Shown one piece after another: positions 8,852-17,869 of a DNA stretch of 32,000 nt. The position numbers and the translations under genes are program-made. The first letter of the stretch is position 1, and every line of letters begins with the position of its first letter. The stretch comes from Thermosulfurimonas dismutans. Lineage in GTDB: Bacteria > Desulfobacterota > Thermodesulfobacteria > Thermodesulfobacteriales > Thermodesulfobacteriaceae. The DNA lies in NCBI RefSeq assembly GCF_001652585.1, contig NZ_LWLG01000002.1:120001-152000 (forward strand). The letters are read 5' to 3'. The notes beneath the pieces are model-generated. The model saw only the letters and a program-made list of their open reading frames with translations, had not been told where the DNA came from and searched no databases.

Positions 8852-10102
8852 GTGAAAGAAATTTCCACCCTTCGGCTCGCCAAGGAACTCGAAAGATCGG
8901 AAAGGACCATCTTTACGGTCAAAGAACTTACGTCTCAAATCAAGGATCTTCTTGAAAACCGTTTCCTTCTGGTCTGGGTAGAGGGCGAAATCTCCCAGCT
9001 CAAAAATCACGACTCCGGGCACATCTTTTTTTCCCTCAAAGATGAGGAGGCCTTGCTTAAAGTCATCATGTTCCGAGAAAGGGCCCGAGAGCTTCCCTTT
9101 CCCCTTAGGGAGGGACTCCAGGTTCTCTGTTTCGGAAGGATATCCGTTTATCCCCCCAGGGGGGAGTATCGTCTGATCGTGCAGCGAATCGAACCCCGGG
9201 GGCTCGGGAGCCTGCAATTAGCCTTTGAGGCCCTCAAGAGGGAACTTGCGGCCCGGGGATATTTCGATGAGGCTCGTAAAAAGAGCCTTCCGGCCTATCC
9301 CGAACGGGTGGCGGTGGTGACCTCCATTTCCGGGGCGGCCCTTCACGACTTCCTTCGAGTGGCCCGAGAAAGATGGCAGGCCGAAATCCTAATCTATCCC
9401 GTAAGGGTACAGGGCGAGGGGGCCGCGGAGGATATTGCCCGGGCCATAGACAATTTGAACCGCATGAAGGATCTCGACCTTATAGTGATCACCCGAGGAG
9501 GTGGATCTCTTGAAGATCTCTGGGCTTTTAATGAAAGGATAGTAGCCGAAGCTGTCTTTCGCTCAAGGATTCCGGTGGTCTCCGCGGTAGGCCACGAGGT
9601 GGACTACACTATTTGTGACTTCGTGGCCGACCTTAGAGCCCCCACCCCCACGGCCGCGGCCCAGCAAATCTTTCCGGATCGGAAACAATTAATTGAAGAC
9701 CTAGACTTTCGTAGAAGACGCCTTTTTGAACTTATATCCGAAAGACTGCGAAAATTAGAAAGGGAACTGCATCATCTCTCAAAGCGCCTCAAAAGTCCTG
9801 AAAAACTCATTCAGGAAACCGGAGAAAGAGTCCAGGACCTCGAGGCCCGCCTCCGAAAGGCCCTTGCCCATCAGTTTTTTCTAAAGGAAAACCGGTTCCG
9901 AAATCTAGTGAGACACCTTGAAGCCGTTTCGCCGCTTGCGGTGCTTTCAAGGGGCTATAGCGTAACCCGTAAGCTCCCTGAAAAAATTGTGATCCGCAAA
10001 GCCCGAGAGGTGAGAACGGGTGAGTTTGTAGAAATCCTTCTTGAGGAGGGAAGACTTGAAGCCCGGGTGGAGAGGATTCATCCTGACAACCATCTTTTTT
10101 AA
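8852..10102 (+). CDS. xseA: Exodeoxyribonuclease VII large subunit
   Basis: N-terminal OB fold (FTVKELTSQIKDLLENRFLLVWVEGEISQLK), catalytic core VTSISGAALHDF...ITRGGGSLEDLWAFN, and a coiled-coil C-terminus. Confidence 0.92.
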   Translation: MKEISTLRLAKELERSERTIFTVKELTSQIKDLLENRFLLVWVEGEISQLKNHDSGHIFFSLKDEEALLKVIMFRERARELPFPLREGLQVLCFGRISVYPPRGEYRLIVQRIEPRGLGSLQLAFEALKRELAARGYFDEARKKSLPAYPERVAVVTSISGAALHDFLRVARERWQAEILIYPVRVQGEGAAEDIARAIDNLNRMKDLDLIVITRGGGSLEDLWAFNERIVAEAVFRSRIPVVSAVGHEVDYTICDFVADLRAPTPTAAAQQIFPDRKQLIEDLDFRRRRLFELISERLRKLERELHHLSKRLKSPEKLIQETGERVQDLEARLRKALAHQFFLKENRFRNLVRHLEAVSPLAVLSRGYSVTRKLPEKIVIRKAREVRTGEFVEILLEEGRLEARVERIHPDNHLF

Positions 10103-10907
10103 CTTTTTCATCGGATGGGCCTCTTCGGCCTCCGAAAGGGTGGAACTCTTCCCAGGGGGCCTGGCTTTCCTTCGGGCGAAGGCCGAAGATAAAGAGGCCT
10201 TTTTCCGCGGATGCAGGTTCATCCCCGTAGAATATCACGGAAAAAAAGGGTTTCTCATCGCGGCCCCTCTTGAGACCCCTCCTGGAAACTATCCAGTGGT
10301 GGTAAAGGGCGCAGGAGAGCGTACCGTGACAGTTACGGTGCGGCCTAAAAACTATCCTGTGGAACACCTCAAGCTTCCCGAGAAAATGGTCCGGTTCCCG
10401 CCGGAAATCCTCTGGCGGATAAAAAGAGAACTTGCGACCATAAAGACCATCCTTTTCCAGCAGGAAAGCTTCTGCCACTGGGATAAGCCCTTTGAGCTTC
10501 CGGCCCGAGGAAGAATTACCAGCCCCTTCGGTTTAAAACGTATTCTTAACGGTGAACCCCGAAGTCCTCACGCAGGTATTGATATCGGACTACCGGCAGG
10601 CACCCCGGTGAAGGCGGCCCAGGATGGACGCGTGGTTCTTACCGGAGAGTTTTATCTCCCGGGAAAGGTAGTCATACTTTCCCACGGCTGTGGGGTATAT
10701 ACCTATTACGCCCATCTTTCGAAAATCCTGGTCTCAAAAGGGGATAAGGTAAAAGGAGGCCAGGTAATCGGCCTTAGCGGAGCGAGTGGTCGAGCCACGG
10801 GGCCGCATCTCCACTTCGGATTATACATCTCCGGGATCAAAGTGGACCCCCTTTACGCCATAAAACTCTTGGAGGAAGAAGCTTATGGCCCTCGCCCTGG
10901 AGGATAA
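10056..10907 (+). CDS. Secreted M23-family (LytM-type) metallopeptidase
   Basis: HAGIDI (HxxxD) and GPHLHFGLY (HxH) zinc motifs. Signal peptide KPGWRGFILTTIFFNFFIGWASSA. TTG at 10056 preceded by GGAGGG is preferred over TTG at 10041. Confidence 0.85.
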   Translation: MKPGWRGFILTTIFFNFFIGWASSASERVELFPGGLAFLRAKAEDKEAFFRGCRFIPVEYHGKKGFLIAAPLETPPGNYPVVVKGAGERTVTVTVRPKNYPVEHLKLPEKMVRFPPEILWRIKRELATIKTILFQQESFCHWDKPFELPARGRITSPFGLKRILNGEPRSPHAGIDIGLPAGTPVKAAQDGRVVLTGEFYLPGKVVILSHGCGVYTYYAHLSKILVSKGDKVKGGQVIGLSGASGRATGPHLHFGLYISGIKVDPLYAIKLLEEEAYGPRPGG

Positions 10908-11076
10908 ACTCAAAAGACTCGAAGAAATCGTAAGACAGCTTGAGGAAAGAGATCTTCCTCTGGAGGAGGCTTTAAAGCTGTATGAAGAAGGCGTTTCCCT
11001 GGTCAAGGCCTGTGAAGAACTTTTACGAAGGGCCAAAGAAAGAGTGGAAATACTTACGCAGGAGGTAGAAGTTTAA
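10885..11076 (+). CDS. xseB: Exodeoxyribonuclease VII small subunit
   Basis: 63 aa. LEEIVRQLEERDLPLEEALKLYEEGVSLVKACEELL is the typical XseB helical hairpin. GGAGGAAG SD. Confidence 0.9.
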   Translation: MALALEDKLKRLEEIVRQLEERDLPLEEALKLYEEGVSLVKACEELLRRAKERVEILTQEVEV

Positions 11077-11078
11077 AC

Positions 11079-11978
11079 ATGACTCGGGAAGAATTCCTGG
11101 AGTTCCTCAAGGAAAAAAAGGCCCTGGTAGATCAAAAACTCGAAGAGCTTCTTCCTGAAAGAGACGAGCCCGGGGCAAGGGTCATCTCGGCCATGCGTTA
11201 TAGTCTTATGGCCGGGGGTAAGCGACTCCGGCCCGTGCTCTGCATGCTAGGGGCGGAGGCTGTGGGGAGACGGGGCGAAGATTTCCTCCTCTTTGCCTGC
11301 GGGCTCGAGTGTTTGCATACCTATTCCCTGATCCATGACGACCTCCCGGCCATGGACGATGACGATCTCCGCCGGGGCAAACCTACTTGCCACCGGGCCT
11401 TTGATGAGGCCACGGCCATTCTGGCCGGAGACGGGCTCCTGACCCTAGCCTTTGAACTCTTTTCTAGTCCGGAACTACTTGAAGTAACCTCCCCTGAAAG
11501 ACTACTTCAAGCCGTTCATCTGGTAGCTCAGGCGGCAGGTGCTTCTGGCATGGTGGCCGGACAAATGGCCGATCTTCTGGCCGAAGGGCGTGAGATCTCG
11601 CCCGAAGAACTGAGCTACATCCATCGCAAAAAAACGGCAGCCCTTCTTTCTGCCTCCGTGGTCTCCGGAGGGTTGCTCGCCGGGGCCCCGGCAAACGACC
11701 TTCGGGCCCTTGAGACCTATGGCGAAGCCCTGGGGCTAGCCTTTCAGATTGTGGACGACATTTTGGATGTTGTGGGGGAGGAGGAAAAACTCGGGAAACC
11801 TGTAGGTGCGGATATAAGGAAGAAGAAAGCTACTTATCCCGCGTTGCTGGGGCTTTCCGAGGCCCGAAATAAGGCTAAAGAACTGATAGAAACTGCGGTT
11901 TCAGCCCTTCAAGTCTTCGGCCCCAAGGCTGAGCCCTTAAAAGCCCTTGCCCGTTTCGTCCTTTCCCGTCAAAATTAG
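11079..11978 (+). CDS. ispA: (E,E)-farnesyl/geranyl diphosphate synthase (polyprenyl synthetase)
   Basis: FARM LIHDDLPAMDDDDLRRGKPT and SARM FQIVDDILD. Classic xseB-ispA-dxs order. Confidence 0.9.
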   Translation: MTREEFLEFLKEKKALVDQKLEELLPERDEPGARVISAMRYSLMAGGKRLRPVLCMLGAEAVGRRGEDFLLFACGLECLHTYSLIHDDLPAMDDDDLRRGKPTCHRAFDEATAILAGDGLLTLAFELFSSPELLEVTSPERLLQAVHLVAQAAGASGMVAGQMADLLAEGREISPEELSYIHRKKTAALLSASVVSGGLLAGAPANDLRALETYGEALGLAFQIVDDILDVVGEEEKLGKPVGADIRKKKATYPALLGLSEARNKAKELIETAVSALQVFGPKAEPLKALARFVLSRQN

Positions 11979-11983
11979 AAATC

Positions 11984-13855
11984 ATGAGCCTCATCTTGGA
12001 ACGGATAAACGCCCCTCAAGACCTGAAAAGACTCAAACTTACTGAGCTCAAAAAGCTCGCCGGGGAGATCCGGGAGGTCATCATCAATACCGTGGCCAGA
12101 AACGGTGGACATCTGGCTCCCAACTTGGGGGTGGTAGAGCTCACTCTAGCTCTCCACTACGTCTTTGATTCTCCACGGGACCGGATCGTCTGGGACGTAG
12201 GACACCAGTGTTACGCTCATAAGCTTGTCACTGGTCGCCGAGAAAAGTTCCATACCTTGAGACAATACCAAGGGATCGCCGGTTTTCCGAAAAGGGCTGA
12301 AAGTCCTCACGACATCGTGGAAACCGGCCACAGTAGCACCTCCATCTCTGCCGGCTTGGGGCTGGCCACCGGAATTAGGCTCACCCGCAAAGACGGACGG
12401 GTAATCGTGGTCATCGGCGATGGTTCCATGACCGCAGGAATGGCCTTTGAAGCCCTCAACAATACAGGACACCTTAAAGAAGACCTCATCGTAATCCTAA
12501 ACGACAATGAAATGTCCATCTCGCCTAACGTGGGGGCTCTTTCTTCCTTTTTATCTCGCAAGATAACCGGAAGACTGGCCCGAAGGATCAAAAAGGACGT
12601 AGAACGTATGATGGAAAGGCTCCCAGGAGGGGAACACTTTCTCCACGCCCTCAAAAAGAGCGAAGAACTTCTGAAATGTGCTCTCACACCGGGGATGCTC
12701 TTTGAAGCTCTGAATTTCGAATACATAGGGCCGGTAGATGGGCACGACCTTGAAGGTTTGATCAAACTCTTCAGCAACCTACGGGAAATGAGAGGCCCCC
12801 TTCTGGTTCATGTCCTTACCAAGAAAGGTAGAGGTTATCCCCCGGCAGAGGCTGATCCCGAGACCTTCCATGGAGTTGGCCCTTTTGATCCCGAGACTGG
12901 AAAAGTCCTTAAATCCTCCTCGGCCCCACCCTCTTATACCGAAGTTTTTTCAAAAACTATGCTTCGGCTCGGAGAGCTGGAGCCTCGGCTTGTGGCCATT
13001 ACCGCGGCCATGACCACCGGAACCGGACTTAAGGCCTTCGCGGAAAGATTTCCGGAAAGGTTCTTTGATGTGGGCATCTGCGAACAACATGCCGTAACCT
13101 TTGCCGCAGGGCTGGCCCTTGAGGGCCTCCTTCCGGTCTGTGCCATCTATTCCACCTTCCTCCAGCGGTCCTTTGATCAAATAATCCACGATGTAGCCTT
13201 GGGGAATCTTCACGTAGTCTTTGCCATTGACCGAGGGGGCATCGTGGGTGAAGATGGTCCCACCCATCAGGGACAGTTCGATCTCTCCTATCTCCGTCTG
13301 ATCCCCAACATGACCATAATGGCTCCCAAGGACGAAAATGAACTCCAGCACATGCTCTACACCGCTCTTTCTCTCCCGGGGCCGGTAGCCGTAAGATACC
13401 CCAGAGGGACGGGGGTGGGCGTTCCCCTGGATCAAGAATTTCGGGAGATTCCTCTGGGGAAGGCCGAGGTCTTGAGAGAGGGAAAGGAGCTTCTGATTCT
13501 TGCCATCGGCAACATGGTGTCTCCGGCCCTTGAGGCCGCCAAAAGGCTTTCCAAAGAAGGCATAGAGTCTACGGTGGTAAATGCCCGCTTTGCAAAACCC
13601 TTAGACGAAGAACTCATCTGTGATCTGGCCTCGGAGATAGGTCAGGTAATCACGGTTGAGGAGAACACCCTTTTCGGGGGCTTCGGCTCGGCGGTTGCGG
13701 AATGTCTGTCAGATCATGGAATAAAGACTAACCTAAAACGGCTCGGTCTTCCTGACAAATTCATCGAACACGGGGCTCCGGCTATCCTGAGAGAAAAATA
13801 TGGGCTTACAAGCGAAAACATCTATCGATTAGCTAAATCAATGTTTTTAAAATGA
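11984..13855 (+). CDS. dxs: 1-deoxy-D-xylulose-5-phosphate synthase
   Basis: GHSSTSISAGLG and the GDGSMTAGMAFEALN thiamine-diphosphate motif; 623 aa. Confidence 0.95.
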   Translation: MSLILERINAPQDLKRLKLTELKKLAGEIREVIINTVARNGGHLAPNLGVVELTLALHYVFDSPRDRIVWDVGHQCYAHKLVTGRREKFHTLRQYQGIAGFPKRAESPHDIVETGHSSTSISAGLGLATGIRLTRKDGRVIVVIGDGSMTAGMAFEALNNTGHLKEDLIVILNDNEMSISPNVGALSSFLSRKITGRLARRIKKDVERMMERLPGGEHFLHALKKSEELLKCALTPGMLFEALNFEYIGPVDGHDLEGLIKLFSNLREMRGPLLVHVLTKKGRGYPPAEADPETFHGVGPFDPETGKVLKSSSAPPSYTEVFSKTMLRLGELEPRLVAITAAMTTGTGLKAFAERFPERFFDVGICEQHAVTFAAGLALEGLLPVCAIYSTFLQRSFDQIIHDVALGNLHVVFAIDRGGIVGEDGPTHQGQFDLSYLRLIPNMTIMAPKDENELQHMLYTALSLPGPVAVRYPRGTGVGVPLDQEFREIPLGKAEVLREGKELLILAIGNMVSPALEAAKRLSKEGIESTVVNARFAKPLDEELICDLASEIGQVITVEENTLFGGFGSAVAECLSDHGIKTNLKRLGLPDKFIEHGAPAILREKYGLTSENIYRLAKSMFLK

Positions 13856-13861
13856 GCCCCT

Positions 13862-14533
13862 TCAGAAGACGGCCGCTTGTCGAGGAACGGTGGATTTCCC
13901 CGCGACTGCTAGTCTGGCTTGACCTCCCTTCACATATAGCCACAGGGGAGAAAGTTCCTCACCTTCTTCCCGTTGGTGGGTAACCACTACCATGGTGGTG
14001 CCGTTTTTGCGCTGAAAGTCCTTCAAAAAATTCAGGACTCGGGCCTTGGTTATTTCGTCGAGGGCGCTAAAAGGTTCGTCCAGGAGGAGAAGAGAGGGCT
14101 TGCGCGCCAGGGCTTGGGCCAGAGCTGCCCGCTGGCGCTCTCCCCCGGAAACCTGCCACGGCTTGCGTCTCCGCAAATCCCAGAGGCCGAGGGCCCGGAG
14201 ATAACTACCAGCCAGGTCCTTGTCCTTAGCCACCAAGGTAATGTTCTCCTCCAGAGTAAGATGAGGAAAGAGGACCCCCTCCTGAAAGACCAGAGACACA
14301 TAGCGTTTCCTTGCCGGACGAAAGAGACCGGCTTCAGTATCTACAAAGACCTTATCCCCAAAACGGATTACACCTGTATCCGGTTTTTCCAAACCCGCAA
14401 GGAGTCGCAACAGGGTTGTCTTCCCTGATCCCGAAGGGCCAAAGATTACTAGGGTCCGGCCGAGGGGCAGACTGAAGTCGGCCTCGAGCACAAAGGCCGG
14501 AAGCCTCTTTTGTACCTTTACCCGCAGCTCCAT
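13862..14533 (-). CDS. modC: Molybdate/tungstate ABC transporter ATP-binding protein, short form without a C-terminal TOBE domain
   Basis: Walker A GPSGSGKTT, signature SGGERQRAALA, Walker B LLLLDEP. Only 223 aa. Overlaps modB by 16 nt. Confidence 0.8.
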   Translation of the reverse strand: MELRVKVQKRLPAFVLEADFSLPLGRTLVIFGPSGSGKTTLLRLLAGLEKPDTGVIRFGDKVFVDTEAGLFRPARKRYVSLVFQEGVLFPHLTLEENITLVAKDKDLAGSYLRALGLWDLRRRKPWQVSGGERQRAALAQALARKPSLLLLDEPFSALDEITKARVLNFLKDFQRKNGTTMVVVTHQREEGEELSPLWLYVKGGQARLAVAGKSTVPRQAAVF

Positions 14534-15219
14534 CGTACCTGCCTCCGCTCCAGAAACATGGCTATTCCAAGGACGGCATAGCTTATTAGGAGAAGAACCA
14601 CCGAAAGGAAAGCCGCTTTGCGATATTCAAGGGCCTCCACATAAGTATAAATGGCGATGGAAGCCACCAGAGTCTTGCCCGGAATCCCCCCACCCACCAT
14701 GAGGACCACACCGAATTCTCCCAGAGTATGCGCAAAGGTAATGACCGCTGCCGCCATGATACCCGGCCATACATTGGGGATCACGATTCGGTTGAAGGTC
14801 CGAAACGGCGAAAGCCCGCTCACCTCCGCAAGCTCCAGAAGCCTGCGGTCAAGCTTGCTCATGGCCGCTTTAAGAGGCTGTAGTGCAAAGGGGAGCCCGT
14901 GTATCAGACAAGCCAGTACCAAACCCGAAAAATGAAAAGCCGGGGAATAACCCCATAGCTTTTGAAAAACACGTCCCAAAGGCCCCTCCGGGCCGAAAAA
15001 GATGAGCAGAGCGAAACCGAGGACCGTGGGCGGAAGTACTAGAGGAAGCATGATCAGACTTTCAAACCAGGGCTTGAGACGAAAATTCCGAAAGGAAAGT
15101 AGGTAAGCCAGGGGACAAGCCATAAAAATCAAAAGAATCGTCACCACAATGGCCAGCTTGAAGGAAAGGGCAAGAGGCTGAAGCACCTCCACGAGACTCC
15201 CCCTAAGGTCGACCGGCAT
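14518..15219 (-). CDS. modB: Molybdate ABC transporter permease
   Basis: Polytopic protein with an EAA-loop region (LLELAEVSGLSPFRTFNRIVIP). Start uncertain: ATG 15219 or GTG 15192 (the latter preceded by GGGGAG). The track start at 15264 is probably too long. Confidence 0.85.
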   Translation of the reverse strand: MPVDLRGSLVEVLQPLALSFKLAIVVTILLIFMACPLAYLLSFRNFRLKPWFESLIMLPLVLPPTVLGFALLIFFGPEGPLGRVFQKLWGYSPAFHFSGLVLACLIHGLPFALQPLKAAMSKLDRRLLELAEVSGLSPFRTFNRIVIPNVWPGIMAAAVITFAHTLGEFGVVLMVGGGIPGKTLVASIAIYTYVEALEYRKAAFLSVVLLLISYAVLGIAMFLERRQVRWSCG

Positions 15220-15964
15220 AACCGTAGCGGGCCAGGATGGCCTGAGCCTCGGGAGAAAGCACAAAGCGCAGAAAGGCCTCGGCCTGCTGCGGTTGTTTAC
15301 TCTTCTTCAAGACGCAGGCTGCTTGTTCGACAAGGGGAGCTGTTTCTATTCTCAGATAACATCCCTTACGCCCGGGGGGTGAGAGAGCCAGAGAAAGACT
15401 CACTAAGCCTGCTTCGGCGTTTCCGCTTTCCGCCCATTGAAAGGTCTGCGAGATGTTAAAAGCCTTGACCACTTTAGAACTTATTGATTCCCAAAGACCA
15501 CTATTTTTAAGGGCCACCATTGCTGCCTCACCATAGGGTGCCAGTTTGGGATCAGCAATGGCTAAACGGTTAACTTTCAAGAGGGCTTTAGGCCAACCCA
15601 AAGCACAGATATCCTGATAGCGACTCCAAAGGACCAGAACGCCTCGGGTATAAGTCACCGGCGAAAGACATACGCCCTTTCGAACCAAGTATTGTGGACG
15701 CCTAGTATCTGCAGAAAAGAAAAGATCGAAAGGAGCCCCCTGTTCTATAAGAGACAGGAGCTTCCCCGAAGAATTAAATACCAGGCTTACCTCTTCTCCG
15801 GTCTTGGCCCGGAAGGCCTGAGCAATCTCCTGCATGGGATACAGAAGGTTGGCTGCCGCCGCCACCCTCAGGGGTTCACCAGCTTGCAATGGACTAGGTA
15901 ACAAAAATAACAAAAGCCACAAAAAAATACCCCAAATAATACTCATTTTGAAAAATTTGTTCAT
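15203..15964 (-). CDS. modA: Periplasmic molybdate/tungstate-binding protein
   Basis: LRVAAAANLLYPMQEIAQAF...VSLVFNSSGKLLSLIEQGAPFDLFFSAD parallels E. coli ModA. ATG at 15964 with a GGAGG SD gives the signal peptide MNKFFKMSIIWGIFLWLLLFLLPSPLQA. Confidence 0.85.
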   Translation of the reverse strand: MNKFFKMSIIWGIFLWLLLFLLPSPLQAGEPLRVAAAANLLYPMQEIAQAFRAKTGEEVSLVFNSSGKLLSLIEQGAPFDLFFSADTRRPQYLVRKGVCLSPVTYTRGVLVLWSRYQDICALGWPKALLKVNRLAIADPKLAPYGEAAMVALKNSGLWESISSKVVKAFNISQTFQWAESGNAEAGLVSLSLALSPPGRKGCYLRIETAPLVEQAACVLKKSKQPQQAEAFLRFVLSPEAQAILARYGYAGRP

Positions 15965-16156
15965 AACAACCTCCATTGTTTGGGATTTAATTTGCACTTC
16001 TCAAATAACACCCTGCAATTACAAGACCATATTCATGGGAGCTAGGTCAGCGCCTCTTCCTGATCTTTTCTTTCAGCTATCAGGTTATCCTGCCCTTCAT
16101 AAAGGTGTTTTATCTTTTCCCGAATTGAGCGATCCCTTTCTTACAAAACAGGGGGA

Positions 16157-17737
16157 TTAGAACAAGTACTGATACATCACTCGGAAACGCCAGTCTTCCT
16201 GGGTTCCAGAATCAAAATCCGCGGCCCTCTTTCCAATGGCTTTAGCCTCCGAATCCGAGGCATCGTCAGCGTGAAGCTGAAGAAGTGAAATATCAAAAGT
16301 AATATACTGATTAAAACCATGGAGGTAGTAGTTCACCCCGAGAACGAACTGCTGGAGATAGTCCTCGACCCCCAGGTCCCCGTCATCAAATTTCACCAGC
16401 CCGAGCCCACTTTTGCGAGAATCTAGAGGAGTGTTATCGTCTAGCCTCACAAGGTAGGCATACTTAAAGGTCATCTCCCACTTGCGCGGTACCAGGAAGT
16501 AGCCCAGATTCACCCTTACCCCCCACCGATCCCAGGTCTCCTCATCGTGGATTCCGGTCCCGGCGAGACTATAAGCGTCTCCTCCTTTGTCCGGATCCTG
16601 GATGAACTCCTCCCAGGCCCACTCCACATCCGCCGAAAACCCTTTGTAGCGAAAAAGCAAAGCCGCATCAAAACCATAATTCTCAATATCATGGGCACCG
16701 CTCATGGCCGTTCCGTTATATGCATAGTAGGTGGTCCGCCTATCCTTGGTCCAGAATCCCGAAAGCACCAGGGCCAGGGCCGGTCTGGTGTTGTAGCCGT
16801 AATCCCCCTGCATGAAGTAGTTGTTAAAGGTGCCAGGGCCGAGAGGTCCACGCGGGTCCGAGCCCGGAAGGATATTGAAGGCCACGCGCCAGGAATAAAG
16901 ATGATCGTCGCTGGCGGTATTCCTGTTACCCTGGGTATCGCGTCCGTTGTACCACCCAAACCAATAGGCCAGAAACTGCTTCTTCCCAAATAAATCCAGT
17001 GCCCCGTTTACGTTTATCCCCTGCGACCGGTAGAGGAGCATCCCCCCAATGGGAAAACCGTTGTCTAAAAGATGGCCGCCCACTTTAAGCTTTTTGGTCC
17101 CGGAATAAGGCCAGTAGCCCTCGCTGTCGTCGGTAAATATCGTCCGGTCCGTACCGTTCTGCATAAATCCGCTCTGCCAGTACTCCATGCTCATGGCCGG
17201 GATCTTCATCCGCCCAAACTGCACCTTGAAAAAGGGCGCGTACCTCTTCCAGATCACGAAGGCGTCGTGCACGTTGACCTTGCTCTTGGGCTCCAGCTGC
17301 ACATGCACGTAATACTTCCAGTCGCGGTTAGGGGCGGTGCCGTCCACGAAAAACCTAAGACGCCTCATGTTAAAGCTGCTGTAATTCTCGTTTCCACCGG
17401 AGAAGTCTTCGTCCCGGCTCATATAGGTGTAGCGGAGCTGGATTCCGGTGCGGAAGCGGAAACGATATTCCCGATTCTTCTCCGGATCTTTGTATTCGAT
17501 GCGGAAACCGTTCTTCCAGTAGGCCTTCCAGTTCGCCGGAACCTTGCTCTCCACCGCTTTTTCCGCCCGGGACTGCCTCCTCTCTAGCTCCTCTATCCGC
17601 TTGAGAAGCATCTGCACCTGGGCCTTCAAGGCCTCGATCTCCTCCTGTTCGGTCATGGCCCATGCCTTTCCCCATAGCCCTAGAAAGAAACACACCCCTA
17701 TAAACACTGTTAACAGCTGCTTTTTGATATTTTCCAT
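16157..17737 (-). CDS. Outer-membrane beta-barrel porin, probably anion-selective (OprO/OprP-like), with an N-terminal periplasmic coiled coil
   Basis: Signal peptide ending AWA. Coiled coil EEIEALKAQVQMLLKRIEELERRQ. Alternating aromatic/Gly-rich beta-strand pattern. C-terminal OMP signature ...RVMYQYLF. The family call is from memory only. Confidence 0.65.
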   Translation of the reverse strand: MENIKKQLLTVFIGVCFFLGLWGKAWAMTEQEEIEALKAQVQMLLKRIEELERRQSRAEKAVESKVPANWKAYWKNGFRIEYKDPEKNREYRFRFRTGIQLRYTYMSRDEDFSGGNENYSSFNMRRLRFFVDGTAPNRDWKYYVHVQLEPKSKVNVHDAFVIWKRYAPFFKVQFGRMKIPAMSMEYWQSGFMQNGTDRTIFTDDSEGYWPYSGTKKLKVGGHLLDNGFPIGGMLLYRSQGINVNGALDLFGKKQFLAYWFGWYNGRDTQGNRNTASDDHLYSWRVAFNILPGSDPRGPLGPGTFNNYFMQGDYGYNTRPALALVLSGFWTKDRRTTYYAYNGTAMSGAHDIENYGFDAALLFRYKGFSADVEWAWEEFIQDPDKGGDAYSLAGTGIHDEETWDRWGVRVNLGYFLVPRKWEMTFKYAYLVRLDDNTPLDSRKSGLGLVKFDDGDLGVEDYLQQFVLGVNYYLHGFNQYITFDISLLQLHADDASDSEAKAIGKRAADFDSGTQEDWRFRVMYQYLF

Positions 17738-17823
17738 TTTCTACCCCCCTTTAGATCTTAAAGTTTCGCCTTTTCTTCATGTCGCCCCTACATCTCATCC
17801 CATTTAGTAAGTCTCCAGTGATC

Positions 17824-17869
17824 TTTATGGGTAGCGTTATATCCGCAAGGATATAACGCTACCCATAAA
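17824..17869. promoter_or_regulatory. ModE-type operator: perfect 21-bp inverted repeat with a 4-nt centre (core CGTTATAT-N8-ATATAACG)
   Basis: tttatgggtagcgttatatcc gcaa ggatataacgctacccataaa, 21/21 complementary. The core at 17835-17858 matches the ModE-box half-site and spacing as I recall the E. coli modA operator. It lies 87-132 bp upstream of the porin ATG, next to modE. Confidence 0.6.

Noticed and set aside
8825-9217. 130-aa minus-strand ORF overlapping the xseA 5' end
   Set aside because: It is antisense to the conserved OB-fold N-terminus of XseA, has no motifs, and would run into the dnaJ/xseA divergent promoter.
17824-17869. The 21-bp palindrome as an intrinsic terminator, REP element or MITE terminus
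   Set aside because: Neither strand has a U/T-run after the stem. It lies downstream of a consensus -35 and overlaps the predicted -10. I saw only one copy in the window. Its core matches ModE-box half-sites next to a modE gene. A genome-wide copy count is still needed.
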